Source: a virus (lineage: Duplodnaviria; Caudoviricetes). From it: a stretch of DNA of 35,306 nt. Position numbers and translations under genes: made by a program. Position 1 is the stretch's first letter. The number at the start of each line of letters is the position of its first letter. Location of the stretch: the IMG/VR virus record IMGVR_UViG_3300014208_000090, positions 1 to 35,306 of that record; one strand, given 5' to 3'. This document shows positions 10,601 to 20,923 of this stretch, in pieces. The notes under the pieces are model-generated. The model was not told the origin of the DNA. It saw only the letters and a list, made by a program, of their open reading frames with translations, and made no database searches.

Positions 10601-13600
10601 GAATCAGTTTTATCTTCAAATCCATTATTTACAACTTGAACGGGACCTGTTGCTCCAGTAACTCCAGGAGAACCTTGATTTCCCTGAGGTCCTGTAGCGC
10701 CTGTTACACCATTTGGTCCAGTTGCTCCAGTTACACCATTTGGTCCTGTAGCCCCTTGAGGTCCTGTTACCCCTGTAACACCGTCAGCTCCAACAGGTCC
10801 AGTAGCTCCAGTTACACCATCAGCTCCTTGTGGTCCGGTTGCTCCTGTAACACCATCAGCACCTACAGGTCCAGTAGCTCCTGTAACTCCGTCAGCTCCT
10901 TGTGGTCCAGTTGCTCCTGTAACGCCATCAGCTCCAACAGGTCCAGTAGCTCCGGTTACACCGTCTGGTCCAATAGGACCTGTATAGCCTGTTACACCAG
11001 GAGACCCTTGATTGCCTTGTGGTCCCGTAGCCCCTGTAACTCCATCAGCTCCAACGGGTCCAGTAGCCCCTGTAACTCCAGCCGCTCCTTGAGGTCCTGT
11101 AGCTCCAGTTACACCAGTAACACCAGGAGATCCTTGGTTTCCTTGAGGTCCGGTTGCACCTGTTACACCATCAACTCCTTGAGGACCGATAGGTCCAGTT
11201 GCTCCTGTTACTCCGTCAGCTCCCTGTGGACCAGTTGCCCCTGTAGCTCCATCAGCTCCGATAGGTCCTGTAGCCCCTGTCGCGCCGTCTTGACCCTGTG
11301 GACCGGTTGCTCCAGTTACTCCTTGAGGACCAACAGGTCCAGTTGCTCCTGTCACTCCAGGATCACCTTGAGGTCCTTCAGGACCTGTTGCGCCAGTAAC
11401 TCCATCTGCACCAATAGGACCAGTGGCTCCAGTTACTCCATCAACTCCCTGAGGACCTTGAGGTCCGGTAGCTCCTGTAACACCATCTGCGCCTATAGGA
11501 CCAGTCGCGCCTGTAACACCGTCAGCTCCCTGAGGACCAGTTGCTCCCGTAACGCCAGTAACTCCGGGAGAACCCTGATTTCCTTGAGGACCAGTAGCAC
11601 CTGTAACTCCGGCTGCTCCTACAGGACCGGTTGCTCCAGTAACTCCGTCCTGACCCTGAGGTCCAGTAGCTCCTGTAACACCATCAGCGCCTTGCGGACC
11701 TGTAGCTCCAGTTACACCGTCTGTTCCGGCAGGTCCAGTCGCTCCTGTAACACCGTCTGCACCTACAGGTCCAGTAGCACCTGTTACGCCTGTTACACCA
11801 GGAGAACCTTGATTACCTTGTGGTCCAGTAGCTCCTGTTACGCCATCTTGACCTTGTGGACCTGTTGCACCAGTGACTCCGTCAGCTCCAATAGGACCAG
11901 TTGCTCCCGTAACTCCATCTGCTCCCGTAACTCCATCTGCTCCCACAGGACCAGTTGCACCAGTTACTCCAGGATCTCCTTGAGGTCCTTCTGGACCTGT
12001 AGCCCCTGTAACACCGGGATCACCCTGAGGACCTGTAGCACCTGTAACTCCATCGGCTCCAGCAGGACCTGTAGCTCCTGTTACCCCTGGATCTCCTTGA
12101 GGTCCTTCAGGACCAGTCGCGCCTGTTACTCCGTCAGCACCAACAGGTCCAGTAGCACCTGTAACTCCATCAGCTCCAATAGGTCCTGTAGCTCCTGTAA
12201 CGCCATCTTGACCTTGAGGTCCCGTTGCTCCAGTCACACCATTGGCGCCTATAGGACCTGTAGCGCCTGTAACGCCAGGATCGCCTTGAGGTCCTTCAGG
12301 ACCAGTAGCTCCAGTGACGCCATCAGCTCCAGCAGGACCGGTCGCTCCTGTAACTCCATCTACTCCTTGAGGTCCTTCAGGTCCTGTTGCTCCCGTAACT
12401 CCATCAGCACCTACAGGTCCAGTTGCTCCTGTTACGCCCGGATCGCCCTGAGGACCTTCGGGTCCAGTAGCTCCTGTAACTCCGTCTGTTCCGTCAGCGC
12501 CGACTGGTCCTGTAGCTCCTGTTACTCCATTAATACCGGTAGCTCCTCGTGGTCCAGTAGCTCCTGTTACACCGTCTACTCCAGCAGGACCTGTAGCGCC
12601 TGTTATACCAGGAGAACCTTGAAGACCTTCAGGTCCAGTTGCCCCAGTTACACCGTCAGCTCCTTGTGGTCCAGTAGCGCCCGTTACCCCATCAACCCCC
12701 TGAGGACCTTCTGGTCCTGTAGCTCCTGTAACACCTGGGTCACCCTGAGGACCTTCTGGTCCTGTAGCCCCTGTTGCTCCAGGATTACCTTGAGGACCAG
12801 TAGCACCGGTAACTCCAGGAACACCTTGTTGTCCTTCAGGACCTGTTGCTCCCGTTACTCCATTAACACCAGTAGCTCCTCGTGGTCCTGTAGCACCTGT
12901 TACACCATCAGCTCCTGCAGGTCCAGTAGAACCTGTAACACCAGGATCGCCTTGAGATCCTTCTGGACCAGTAGCTCCCGTTACACCAGGATCACCTTGA
13001 ACACCCTCTGGACCTGTAGCGCCAGTTACTCCATTAATGCCTGTTGCGCCTTGCGGTCCTGTAGCGCCTGTAACTCCGTCAGCTCCAGCAGGACCAGTAG
13101 CTCCAGTAACGCCCGGATCTCCTTGAGGTCCTTCAGGACCAGTAGCTCCAGTAACACCGTCAGCACCAATAGGTCCGGTTGCACCTGTAACTCCATCGGC
13201 TCCAGCAGGACCCGTCGCCCCTGTAACGCCAGGAGAGCCCTGTGGCGCTCCTGCTGGTCCTGTGGCGCCGGTTACTCCAGGAATACCTTGAGGTCCTTCA
13301 GGACCAGTGGCTCCTGTAACTCCATTAGCCCCTGTTACACCATCAACGCCAGCTGGACCTGTAGCTCCCGCTGGACCTGTAGCTCCTGTTGCGCCATCAA
13401 CACCAGCTGGACCTGTAGCTCCGTCAATTCCTGCGGGACCTGTTGCTCCTTGCGGACCGGTTACACCAGGAGATCCTTGCGGACCGCCAAAAGGACCGGT
13501 TACGCCAGGAGATCCTTGAGGACCTTGCAAACCAGTAGGTCCAATAGGACCGGTAGCTCCAGCAGGACCCGTTGCGCCAGTTGCACCAGCAGGACCTGTA

Positions 13601-13668
13601 GGACCTGTAGTGCCGCCGCCGGATCCAGTTGGAACTCCTTTTATTTGGTTTGCATTAACTTTGCTCAT
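7678..13668 (-). CDS. Giant collagen-like (Gly-X-Y) fibre protein with a central non-collagen domain
   Basis: 1996 aa. About 990 residues of GXY (GVT-GAT-GPx), then a ~375-aa globular region (9514-10641) ending in [18 protein letters not shown]...[12 protein letters not shown] (resembles phage fibre motifs), about 600 more GXY residues and a 10-aa tail. Confidence 0.9.
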   Translation of the reverse strand: MSKVNANQIKGVPTGSGGGTTGPTGPAGATGATGPAGATGPIGPTGLQGPQGSPGVTGPFGGPQGSPGVTGPQGATGPAGIDGATGPAGVDGATGATGPAGATGPAGVDGVTGANGVTGATGPEGPQGIPGVTGATGPAGAPQGSPGVTGATGPAGADGVTGATGPIGADGVTGATGPEGPQGDPGVTGATGPAGADGVTGATGPQGATGINGVTGATGPEGVQGDPGVTGATGPEGSQGDPGVTGSTGPAGADGVTGATGPRGATGVNGVTGATGPEGQQGVPGVTGATGPQGNPGATGATGPEGPQGDPGVTGATGPEGPQGVDGVTGATGPQGADGVTGATGPEGLQGSPGITGATGPAGVDGVTGATGPRGATGINGVTGATGPVGADGTDGVTGATGPEGPQGDPGVTGATGPVGADGVTGATGPEGPQGVDGVTGATGPAGADGVTGATGPEGPQGDPGVTGATGPIGANGVTGATGPQGQDGVTGATGPIGADGVTGATGPVGADGVTGATGPEGPQGDPGVTGATGPAGADGVTGATGPQGDPGVTGATGPEGPQGDPGVTGATGPVGADGVTGADGVTGATGPIGADGVTGATGPQGQDGVTGATGPQGNQGSPGVTGVTGATGPVGADGVTGATGPAGTDGVTGATGPQGADGVTGATGPQGQDGVTGATGPVGAAGVTGATGPQGNQGSPGVTGVTGATGPQGADGVTGATGPIGADGVTGATGPQGPQGVDGVTGATGPIGADGVTGATGPEGPQGDPGVTGATGPVGPQGVTGATGPQGQDGATGATGPIGADGATGATGPQGADGVTGATGPIGPQGVDGVTGATGPQGNQGSPGVTGVTGATGPQGAAGVTGATGPVGADGVTGATGPQGNQGSPGVTGYTGPIGPDGVTGATGPVGADGVTGATGPQGADGVTGATGPVGADGVTGATGPQGADGVTGATGPVGADGVTGVTGPQGATGPNGVTGATGPNGVTGATGPQGNQGSPGVTGATGPVQVVNNGFEDKTDSTISLSGLTFTITGTNFVIYAGGNKYIKNTDSLPIANTVGMHWVYYAAADGYRTEGSSIDLLNDCVIALVYVDDTGAASIFGDERHGINMSNATHEYLHDTAGMRWESGLGLSSNAIAGVPNADGTNTYVSMTGGIVDDEDLEHTIVNGTGGAQYEQNLGGTLPANPGQIPVLYKFGLTPAWRKIAVDSFPFPWNSSNNYPQYNENVGGGTGWKLTDVPTTDFFVVWIFASNDVYDPIVSIPHSTIYTSLSNAQTAATPATIFATGLITPEMKLLYRLIYEFRATYSVAVKYSALRNVVDYRTDISAPINNYSPTDHNSLTNRDADNSHPATAISVDTTNFTTILGATATDVQIALEILDKATGITGATGPQGNQGSPGVTGATGPIGPQGVTGATGPVGADGVTGATGPQGNQGSPGVTGVTGATGPVGADGATGATGPQGADGVTGATGPEGPQGTDGVTGATGPIGPQGVTGATGPIGADGVTGATGPQGQDGVTGATGPQGQDGVTGATGPIGPQGVTGATGPVGADGVTGATGPVGADGVTGATGPQGADGVTGATGPVGADGVTGATGPVGADGVTGATGPQGEDGVTGATGPQGPQGIDGVTGVTGPQGNQGSPGVTGVTGATGPQGTDGVTGATGPQGQDGVTGATGPQGADGVTGATGPIGPQGVTGATGPVGADGVTGATGPVGADGVTGATGPQGQDGVTGATGPEGPQGTDGVTGATGPQGNQGSPGVTGVTGATGPQGEQGVTGATGPVGADGVTGTTGPIGQDGVTGATGPIGPQGVTGATGPVGQDGVTGATGPIGADGVTGATGPIGTDGVTGATGPIGQDGVTGATGPIGTDGVTGATGPEGPQGVDGVTGATGPIGPQGVTGATGPQGQDGVTGATGPIGADGVTGATGPIGPQGVTGATGPQGADGVTGATGPIGPQGVTGATGPTGPQGVTGPQGVTGATGPVGQVLYYIESWL
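7708..9513 (-). repeat. Collagen repeat tract 2
   Basis: Same repeat vocabulary as tract 1, including [15 protein letters not shown] units. Confidence 0.9.
10642..13605 (-). repeat. Collagen repeat tract 1 (degenerate 9-bp-period repeats)
   Basis: Continuous GVTGATGP[QEVIA]G[APQ][DQ] units with variable third codon positions. Visibly more GC-rich than the flanks. Confidence 0.9.
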
Positions 13669-13675
13669 TGATTGC

Positions 13676-14278
13676 TCACGTATTATCTAAGTAATAATCG
13701 GCAGTAATTATATCATCAGGTGGGGGTGTAGTTGTTGGTGGCTCGACAAAAATAACAGTGTCATAACCAGATCCTGGTCCACCACTTTCGGCAATAAAAT
13801 AATCATCTAAGAAAAATTGTTTTACTCCGTTCTTATATACTATTATTTTATACAAAACGTTTTGAATAAATTTTCCAAAAGGAATTGTAAAAACAGTATT
13901 TGAATCATCAACAGCTCCAAGTAACTGAATATCTTCTTTTTTCAATACTGATAAATTTTCACTAGTTACCTGCAGTCCATTTACTATACCGGCATCTTGT
14001 AAAAATGCTTTTTGGTCAAGATTAAATTGAAGTAAATCTATATCACTACATTCAACTACAATATCTCTTGCCAAGATCTTATGACGCAATTCACCTTTTA
14101 GTAAAGAAGCACGAATATCTTGTTCTGATACTCCTGGTATTTGTAATAAATCTCTTGTACAATTAAAATTAATAGGATAAGTAAAGATTTTGATTGTTTT
14201 ATTACGATCAGGAGTAATATTTCTTACTATAAAACATCCGTATCTCTTTTGGTAAGGAGCAAATTGGTCAACAGTCAT
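13676..14278 (-). CDS. Putative virion structural protein (candidate fibre anchor/adaptor)
   Basis: 200 aa. C-terminal IVYKNGVKQ...DY...VIFVEPP...DIITADY pattern resembles small beta domains of phage structural proteins. GAGGAG RBS. Directly upstream of the collagen gene. Confidence 0.55.
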   Translation of the reverse strand: MTVDQFAPYQKRYGCFIVRNITPDRNKTIKIFTYPINFNCTRDLLQIPGVSEQDIRASLLKGELRHKILARDIVVECSDIDLLQFNLDQKAFLQDAGIVNGLQVTSENLSVLKKEDIQLLGAVDDSNTVFTIPFGKFIQNVLYKIIVYKNGVKQFFLDDYFIAESGGPGSGYDTVIFVEPPTTTPPPDDIITADYYLDNT

Positions 14279-14282
14279 ATAT

Positions 14283-15152
14283 TTACTCCTCTATTAAAAT
14301 TACATCCTCGCCATTATTAATTTGGTCTTTTGATATAATTTTTTGTTCAGAAGTATCTATAACGCCAGCCTTATTTATAGTTGAGTCATTAATGATCTTA
14401 TCTTTAATGGTAATCATTACAGATCTTTCTATTTCTGGATTATCTTTTGTGGCTTTAACATCAAATAATTTGTTTGTTAAGTTATCATCTGGAGCCGCTT
14501 GTTTTTGATTTGCCATAACAGTAGCTAATGTAGTTAACATTTTATCTACTAAAGTATCATAACTGAACTTAGAAACATCCATTGTAGTTATTTGTTCATA
14601 ATTTTTATCACCATGAACTAATAATTCATCTTTTTGTAATATAGCTTCTCTTAATGCTGTTGGAGACATAACCAACAAATTATCTGGTGTTAGTCTATAA
14701 CGAACATACATTAATTCTTCTAAATAATCCAAACTTCCAACTGATGGTTGTGCATCGCTATAATCGCCATCTTTAATATTAGTACGAATACCTTTATCAA
14801 TAGATGACAATAAAACTCTTGTATAGCTATCTTGCCAAGCAGGTTGTTTTCCAAATTCTAGCTTTAATTGTGTCAAAACATCTGCTAATTTTGTAAATGC
14901 TTCTAATTTATGCGACATAGATTGTGATAAAAATGCTTCACTTCTATGATAATTTTGCAAACCTCGTCTTGGTATATAATCAGTTTCTTGATTAATTCTT
15001 CTTGTATCAAAGGCTTTTTTAGTAAAACCAAAACTGTTTGATAAAGAGTTTTTACGAATAGAAAACGAACGTCTTCTTTGTGCAATATCATTGGCACTTT
15101 TCATAATGACACAATATATGTCTAATACATCTAACAATTCCATTTTTACCAT
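14283..15152 (-). CDS. Hypothetical protein
   Basis: 289-aa ORF. Start uncertain (alternative ATG at 15104, MKSANDIA). No recognised domain. Confidence 0.6.
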   Translation of the reverse strand: MVKMELLDVLDIYCVIMKSANDIAQRRRSFSIRKNSLSNSFGFTKKAFDTRRINQETDYIPRRGLQNYHRSEAFLSQSMSHKLEAFTKLADVLTQLKLEFGKQPAWQDSYTRVLLSSIDKGIRTNIKDGDYSDAQPSVGSLDYLEELMYVRYRLTPDNLLVMSPTALREAILQKDELLVHGDKNYEQITTMDVSKFSYDTLVDKMLTTLATVMANQKQAAPDDNLTNKLFDVKATKDNPEIERSVMITIKDKIINDSTINKAGVIDTSEQKIISKDQINNGEDVILIEE

Positions 15153-15239
15153 ATATTAAGGTTGCAAGTGACGTGTTACAGGCTATTATGATACAGAAAT
15201 ATTACCCAAAGCAATATAATGTAACAAATATTAACGGGC

Positions 15240-15267
15240 TTGACAGGGTTTTTTTTGATATTACATT
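15240..15267 (+). promoter_or_regulatory. Sigma70-type promoter for cca (TTGACA-16 nt-TACATT), probably leaderless
   Basis: Perfect -35 at 15240-15245 and TAcatT at 15262-15267. ATG at 15274 with no SD sequence. Confidence 0.55.
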
Positions 15268-15273
15268 CTTACC

Positions 15274-16491
15274 ATGATCTACTCACAAATTTCAAAAAAA
15301 TCTATTCATCCTAAATCCATTGACTTATGTAAGATACTAAAAAATGCAGGGCATCAAGCATATCTTGTTGGTGGCTGTGTAAGAGATTTATTTTTAGGTG
15401 TAGCTCCAAAAGATTGGGATATAACTACTGATGCCTTGCCGCAGCAAGTTATTGATTTATTTCCTAAAACATATCCAACTGGCATTCAACATGGTACTAT
15501 AACAGTTGCCATGGAAGATGAACATTTTGAAGTAACAACTTTTAGAACTGAAGGCAAATATACAGATAGTAGAAGACCTGATGAAGTAAAATTTGTAAAT
15601 TCTGTAGAAGAAGATTTGTCCAGAAGAGATTTAACAATTAACTCTATGGCTTATGACCCTATTACAGATACAGTCATTGACCCGTTCAATGGTTTACAGG
15701 ACTTACAATATGGGATCATTAAAGCCGTTGGAAATGCAGATGATAGATTTCAAGAAGATGGACTAAGAATTCTCAGAACAATTCGTTTTGCATGTAGGTT
15801 CAATTACTCAATTGAAGCAAAAACAGAAATTTCTATGCAAAAAAATCGATATGTGCTAAATAACATATCAAAAGAAAGAATTAAAGATGAATTTTGCAAA
15901 ATAATGTCATATGATAATAGTTTTTATGGGTTAAGATTATTGTATATAAATAAGCTTTTGCCATTAGTTTCTCCATTACATGAGAAACATATGCCGTTTC
16001 GTCCTTTTGATGCCGATGTAGAAACAAAAATTGCAGATTTTTATTACGAATATGATCCTAAATATGTTGAAAAAGAATTAAGATGGCTTAAATTTTCTAA
16101 TGATGAAATCAAAAGAATAATGTTCTTTTTGAATTTGATACCAACATATATGATGCTTTTGAAAATTGGAAGCACTCAAGCTTATGTAAGATTTATTGCA
16201 CATATCAAGAATAACTCACCACAAGATTATTCATATACTTTAGAACAATTCCTTAAACTGGTCAGATCTGATAAAACTGAAATTAGTAAATACTTATTCG
16301 AAGAGTGTGCAGATGTGACCGTCCTATCGCGAAAAGAAATGAATATAAACGGCGACGATTTAATAAATATAGGTGTGCCAGTGGGTCCAGAAATAAAAAG
16401 GATCCTTGATGGATGTTACCAAATGATCCTAGATGAGCCATATAAAAACAATCTGGAAGATTTATTAAAAATTGCAGAGAATATAAAATGA
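15274..16491 (+). CDS. cca: tRNA nucleotidyltransferase (class II CCA-adding enzyme), no HD domain seen
   Basis: Motifs YLVGGCVRD, KDWDIT, EVTTFR, RRDLTINSMA, DPFNGLQDL, RFQEDGLRILR, ISKERI. The flexible loop RTEGKYTDSRRP is present. Confidence 0.92.
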   Translation: MIYSQISKKSIHPKSIDLCKILKNAGHQAYLVGGCVRDLFLGVAPKDWDITTDALPQQVIDLFPKTYPTGIQHGTITVAMEDEHFEVTTFRTEGKYTDSRRPDEVKFVNSVEEDLSRRDLTINSMAYDPITDTVIDPFNGLQDLQYGIIKAVGNADDRFQEDGLRILRTIRFACRFNYSIEAKTEISMQKNRYVLNNISKERIKDEFCKIMSYDNSFYGLRLLYINKLLPLVSPLHEKHMPFRPFDADVETKIADFYYEYDPKYVEKELRWLKFSNDEIKRIMFFLNLIPTYMMLLKIGSTQAYVRFIAHIKNNSPQDYSYTLEQFLKLVRSDKTEISKYLFEECADVTVLSRKEMNINGDDLINIGVPVGPEIKRILDGCYQMILDEPYKNNLEDLLKIAENIK

Positions 16492-16523
16492 GAAAAGCCA
16501 CCAATAAGGTGGCTTTTTCTTTT
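16491..16523. terminator. Bidirectional intrinsic terminator between convergent cca and major capsid genes
   Basis: AAAAGCCACC-AATAA-GGTGGCTTTT stem with A and T tracts on both sides. Confidence 0.85.
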
Positions 16524-16554
16524 AAACTATGTTAAGCGCTAAGCGCTATATTGA

Positions 16555-17568
16555 TTAGACGCCGACTACTACAGACTTACGTCCAGCAGCTACACCACGT
16601 GGGTTTACGATTGCGATACCGATGATTTCGGAAACAACCCAGCCCAACTTCAATTGTTTTGGTTCATCAGCTGGCAAGACTTCAATGTCTTGACGAATAG
16701 GCATAACACCTACGAATTCAGGATCTGCGGCACCGTAGATGGTTCCTGGAGGAACGATCTTGGAAACCATAATGTCAGTTCCCCAAATGTGTGCATATAG
16801 ACCAGTTTGTAGAACTTCTCTCATTGTGACAGGATCGAAATCTCCGCCACCAGTTCCTTGTCCACCGCCTGCTCCCCACTTAAGAATATCAGTGAATTCA
16901 TTGATATTCATAAAGTATTTGGTTGTAACTAGGTCCCAGCGGTCAATCTGTTGCTTGATTTCAACAAGGTCTCTCTTCAAAAGACCAGCGTCAGCGATAT
17001 CGGTCAAAGTATTTTCGACAGAGGCTGCAGCATCAAGAGCTGCGAATACGTTTGCGTCTTCTTGTGCCATCATTTCCTGGCGAGCCTTTTGGACTGCACG
17101 GTCAATGACGTTGAATCTGCGGCGCTTTACTTCAGCGATACGTACTGTTGGGTTTGCGTAAATTTCGAATTCAGGAACTACAACACGGTCACCGAATACG
17201 CGGGATTCTGGACCTGTACCGTTGCTAGAAATAACAACAGCTGCTACATCGATATCTCTATCGTATGTTGGCATTGCGCCTTGTGGCAAAGGATCTACGA
17301 CCAATGCTCTACGTGCGATACCATGGTAGTCTAAGTTTCTACGGATTGGGTTTGCCATTGCCTGAGCTAAAGCAATCTTTCCGTCTTGAGTCATAATGGC
17401 GCGGGAAATCAATTCATCGCGTCTTTCGTCACTTAATGCAGTTTGTCCTGCCATACCCATATTAGATGGTTGATTTTCTTCAAGAATAGCAGCATACTTT
17501 ACTAAAGTTTGTAATGCATCCTTTAAAGATGAGGCATTCATTGTGCCTTGGTTATTAAACATATTCAT
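16555..17568 (-). CDS. Major capsid protein (HK97 fold)
   Basis: 337 aa. AMANPIRRNLDY.GIARR..VVDPLPQGA.P.YD.D, VPEFEI..NP, QEMMAQED..F, GLYAHIWGTDIMVS..VP.G and E.IGIAIVNPRGV are typical MCP patterns. AGGAG RBS. Downstream of protease and decoration genes. Confidence 0.85.
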   Translation of the reverse strand: MNMFNNQGTMNASSLKDALQTLVKYAAILEENQPSNMGMAGQTALSDERRDELISRAIMTQDGKIALAQAMANPIRRNLDYHGIARRALVVDPLPQGAMPTYDRDIDVAAVVISSNGTGPESRVFGDRVVVPEFEIYANPTVRIAEVKRRRFNVIDRAVQKARQEMMAQEDANVFAALDAAASVENTLTDIADAGLLKRDLVEIKQQIDRWDLVTTKYFMNINEFTDILKWGAGGGQGTGGGDFDPVTMREVLQTGLYAHIWGTDIMVSKIVPPGTIYGAADPEFVGVMPIRQDIEVLPADEPKQLKLGWVVSEIIGIAIVNPRGVAAGRKSVVVGV

Positions 17569-17628
17569 AATTTCTCCTAGGAATTATTTGCCAGTCTTAC
17601 CAGCTTTATTATTTATACTTAAAAGAGG

Positions 17629-17676
17629 TGGGGGATTCCTTATTAGGGATTCGGAAAATTTCCGTCCAGTCCCCCA
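17629..17676 (-). promoter_or_regulatory. GC-rich structured RNA element upstream of the major capsid gene
   Basis: mRNA UGGGGGA...UCCCCCA closes the inner hairpins CGGAA-AUU-UUCCG and CCU-AAUA-AGG. Confidence 0.45.
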
Positions 17677-17699
17677 AGGGACAAAAGTTATTCAATCAA

Positions 17700-18365
17700 T
17701 TAGAACTGAGGATTGAAGTGGAATACTGCCCATGCATAAGATCTAGTTCCAAGAGCCGAAGCTAAGTAGTTTGGAGTATTTACCAAAGAACCATTGGTTT
17801 CGAAGCTTACGAAGTGACCCACTACAACTGTATTTGCTGCTGCTGCAGTGCTTCCTACTGGTGTTAATTTTCCACCAACAGTTGCAGATGCAGGTACCCA
17901 AGTCAAAGAAGAACCAGTTGCTAAAGTAGCATTTGATGTAACTAGACCGTCAGCTGCTTGGTCACATGCTGCGTCTAAGGATACTGCATAAAGTCCTGGT
18001 TTGTCCCAAAGAGTTACCTTGCCAGATCCAGTTGCGGTGTGAGGTCCTAATTGTGCGCCACCAGTTGATACTTGACCAACAGTTCCGCCAACTACGGTTC
18101 CAAATAAAGTTCCATAATTAGTGATGCCTTCATCAGCTAACATCAAAGGACGTGCAGATGTTGCTACGTTACGAGTAACAACAACTCTCTGCAAAGAATT
18201 TACATATCCGTCAAATACGTCATAAGCAGCTTTATCAGTTGCAGATGTTGCTAAAACAGATGTGAAAGTAACGACTTCGCCGCCCATAAGGGTTAATACT
18301 TCTGTATCAAGTCCATCATATTGACCTAATGGTTGAACACCCGGTTGTAAAAGTTTTAGAGCCAT
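17700..18365 (-). CDS. Putative capsid decoration/cement protein
   Basis: 221 aa, G/T/V/A-rich, immediately upstream of MCP. TGSGKVTLW..PG.Y motif. Confidence 0.6.
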   Translation of the reverse strand: MALKLLQPGVQPLGQYDGLDTEVLTLMGGEVVTFTSVLATSATDKAAYDVFDGYVNSLQRVVVTRNVATSARPLMLADEGITNYGTLFGTVVGGTVGQVSTGGAQLGPHTATGSGKVTLWDKPGLYAVSLDAACDQAADGLVTSNATLATGSSLTWVPASATVGGKLTPVGSTAAAANTVVVGHFVSFETNGSLVNTPNYLASALGTRSYAWAVFHFNPQF

Positions 18366-18488
18366 TTTATTTTCCTATTAATCTCTAATGCCGTAATATT
18401 AAACTAAATCGGCATCGTTACTTACACCTTAAACTTACTAAATATAACATATATTTTTTTATGCCCAGATAAACCTACTATTTATCTA

Positions 18489-19766
18489 TTATAACGCAAA
18501 TTTTAATCCACTAAGCTCTTCTTCTAAACTACCAGCTAAATCTTCCGTAGATTTAGGCTTAGATTCTGGCACTGTTTCTGAAGTTGTGTCTGCAGTTGCT
18601 GGTTGATTTACAACGGCGTTACCCTCAGAAGCGGCTTTATCTATTTGCGCTTTAGCATTAGATTCTATACTTTTAGCACGAGATAATACTGTTAGTATAT
18701 ATTGAAGTGATGTTTTATATGGTGGAATTGCTCTTGCTACATCTTCAAAATCATTGGCGATTAATCCTTTACCACCATGTAATATTTGAGTCCTATCAGC
18801 CAAATCATTTAAAGCACCTTTTTCTTCAATTTGTTCTTGCTGATAAGATTGAGAACTTAAATTTTCAAGAGTTTGATTTATTGCAGGCGCCATTTCATTA
18901 GTAACTTGTTTAAATAACTCATAGGCATTTATAACAACATTGCTTTCGGGAGATTTAGCTATTTGTATTAATTCGCTAGCAGTTCTTGTTTTCTGTAATG
19001 TATTAATAACTGGAACAATTTTTTGATAAGTATCAAATATCGTCGATAATTTTTCTCTAAACTCACGCATTTCATTCAAAAAATTAGCACCATAAGTAGT
19101 TCCAGTAAATATTCCCGCAGAATCTTTTAATATGTCATCAACTTCAGCAATCAATTTTGCATGATTAGCCTTATAGCCTTCGTCAACAAATGGAAGTTTT
19201 TGTTGTAAATATATTGCCCCTAAAGTCGCAGCGATTGTTCCAGCTACTAGCAAGAACGGAAATGCGGCTGTAGAGACAAATTCAGCTTTTTTTGTTATCA
19301 TTGCAGTCTGCTCTAAACATACATCTGCTAAAGCACGCAACTCCATTTTGTTTTGATTATCTAAATCATTTCCAATTCTAACTAATGACAATAATAATTG
19401 CTTTTCAGCATATTTTCTTTGTGTTACATGACCATCAGGCATTTTTTGAACAATATGCATCAAAATATCTTGTCTTTCATTTAAGTTTTCAACAAGACCA
19501 TTAATCTTATCATATGATGGAGAAACAACAACAGCATTTGGATGAGCATCTTCAATAATATTTCTTTTATACTCCATATCTTTTGGAGTATCTGGTTTAA
19601 CACCATATAATGCTTCAATTGCAGAAATATCTAAAGAATCAATTCTGGGATTATCCTCTAATTTTCTTTTGATTTCATCGGGACCAGCCTTGGAAATCAA
19701 GCCCCTCTCTTGGGCAATTTTAGCAAATTCTTCAAAAATGTCGCTATGTCTCATTATTTGGCTCAC
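18489..19766 (-). CDS. Putative internal head/ejection protein with AHP motif and hydrophobic segment
   Basis: 425 aa (alternative ATG 19754). IIEDAHP...GLVENLNE...VQKMPDG and LVRIGNDLDNQ. TM-like AAFPFLLVAGTIAATLGAIYL after ITKKA. Confidence 0.55.
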   Translation of the reverse strand: MSQIMRHSDIFEEFAKIAQERGLISKAGPDEIKRKLEDNPRIDSLDISAIEALYGVKPDTPKDMEYKRNIIEDAHPNAVVVSPSYDKINGLVENLNERQDILMHIVQKMPDGHVTQRKYAEKQLLLSLVRIGNDLDNQNKMELRALADVCLEQTAMITKKAEFVSTAAFPFLLVAGTIAATLGAIYLQQKLPFVDEGYKANHAKLIAEVDDILKDSAGIFTGTTYGANFLNEMREFREKLSTIFDTYQKIVPVINTLQKTRTASELIQIAKSPESNVVINAYELFKQVTNEMAPAINQTLENLSSQSYQQEQIEEKGALNDLADRTQILHGGKGLIANDFEDVARAIPPYKTSLQYILTVLSRAKSIESNAKAQIDKAASEGNAVVNQPATADTTSETVPESKPKSTEDLAGSLEEELSGLKFAL

Positions 19767-19805
19767 AGTGGGGTAATTTATTTATATGTCTTCATATGCC
19801 GTTGA

Positions 19806-20915
19806 TTATGGTGCTTTTTTTGCAAGATCATCAATGAACATGTCTACAATTTGTTTTTTACTGGTAAACATCTTAGGTAAAAAGACGGTACTCGAACCTT
19901 CGGCAGTCTTATTAATATCAGCTATGGTATATGCAACCTCTTGAAATGTAGGTAAACCCTTCATTAATGATTCTAATCCACCTAAACCATCATATACTTG
20001 TTTAGCAAATTGAACTAACATATCACTAATACCATTAATGTTATTCATAAAACCTTCTGTCCAAAAAGAATCGCCAATATTATATTTAGTATTTTGATAT
20101 GCAGGATTTAATTTAAACTTTGTCTGTTTAGCTACGTATGTCGGAACTGTCTGTGCAGGCGCGGTTCCAAAAAATCCACCGCTACCACTTCCGCCACCGC
20201 TACTACTATCACTTGGACCACCAATATATTTATTAATTACATCGCCTGCTACAATAAATCCAGCAGAAGCTAATGCCATCTTAAAAACTATACCAAGAAA
20301 TTTAATCAAAACAGATATTACTCTTCCTTGTAATAATCCAAATGTTAAACCTCCTAACCAAGCTTTTTTATCTAAAGTGCCTTCTTGAAATTCAATCATT
20401 GCCAACTTAACAAACCTAGCATCTCTCATTTGTTTTTTAACATCATAAGATGCACCCTTATTTTGTTCTAATTTATCAAGAGCAGCCTTTTCATCAGCAG
20501 TTGTTACTGGTGTATAATTTGCACTAACAGCATTACTAACTGCAGCATCAACTTGCTGAGAAGTAGTTTGTTTTCCACCCGCAATTAACCCTTTAACTGT
20601 CTCATATATAGCCATTAACATTCCGCCAACATCAACTTTAAATACTTGTTGTGCTAATGCTAATAATGCACCAATCCATGGTGCCCCTAAAGCAGAAAAT
20701 AACATACTTATTGCTCCAGGCGCAATTAAATTAATTATACTAGCTTCCTTGTTATTAGGGTCTATTTTCGATGCAAAATAATCTTTAATTTTACCCATCA
20801 ATGATAAAATAGAGTCACCAATACCCGCCTCTTTAATAATATCGGGATTATCTACCAATGATTCAACGATCATCATGTCAACATAAAGTTTTATTTCACT
20901 ATCATTTATAGTCAT
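19806..20915 (-). CDS. Putative internal head/ejection protein with hydrophobic helices
   Basis: 369 aa. Two hydrophobic tracts (LIAPGAISMLFSALGAPWIGALLAL; WLGGLTFGLL...FLGIVF...AGFIVAG) and a GS linker. Confidence 0.5.
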   Translation of the reverse strand: MTINDSEIKLYVDMMIVESLVDNPDIIKEAGIGDSILSLMGKIKDYFASKIDPNNKEASIINLIAPGAISMLFSALGAPWIGALLALAQQVFKVDVGGMLMAIYETVKGLIAGGKQTTSQQVDAAVSNAVSANYTPVTTADEKAALDKLEQNKGASYDVKKQMRDARFVKLAMIEFQEGTLDKKAWLGGLTFGLLQGRVISVLIKFLGIVFKMALASAGFIVAGDVINKYIGGPSDSSSGGGSGSGGFFGTAPAQTVPTYVAKQTKFKLNPAYQNTKYNIGDSFWTEGFMNNINGISDMLVQFAKQVYDGLGGLESLMKGLPTFQEVAYTIADINKTAEGSSTVFLPKMFTSKKQIVDMFIDDLAKKAP

Positions 20916-20923
20916 TATAACCT

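Noticed and set aside
7678-13668. Bacterial spore exosporium (bclA-type) locus or eukaryotic giant virus origin
   Set aside because: Adjacent HK97-type capsid and prohead protease genes, SD sequences and overlapping genes point to a prokaryotic tailed virus. No sporulation genes are present.
7708-13671. Long plus-strand ORFs 7708-9528 (606 aa) and 10636-13671 (1011 aa)
   Set aside because: Antisense shadows of the GXY repeats. They coincide with the two collagen tracts, break in the globular domain and have S/C/R/T low-complexity composition.
16532-16550. AAGCGCT direct repeat / AGCGCT palindromes after the terminator
   Set aside because: Too short, and not noticed in other spacers.
17629-17676. 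Hammerhead ribozyme in the MCP leader
   Set aside because: A three-stem layout is possible, but the CUGANGA, GAAA and UH core is not matched.
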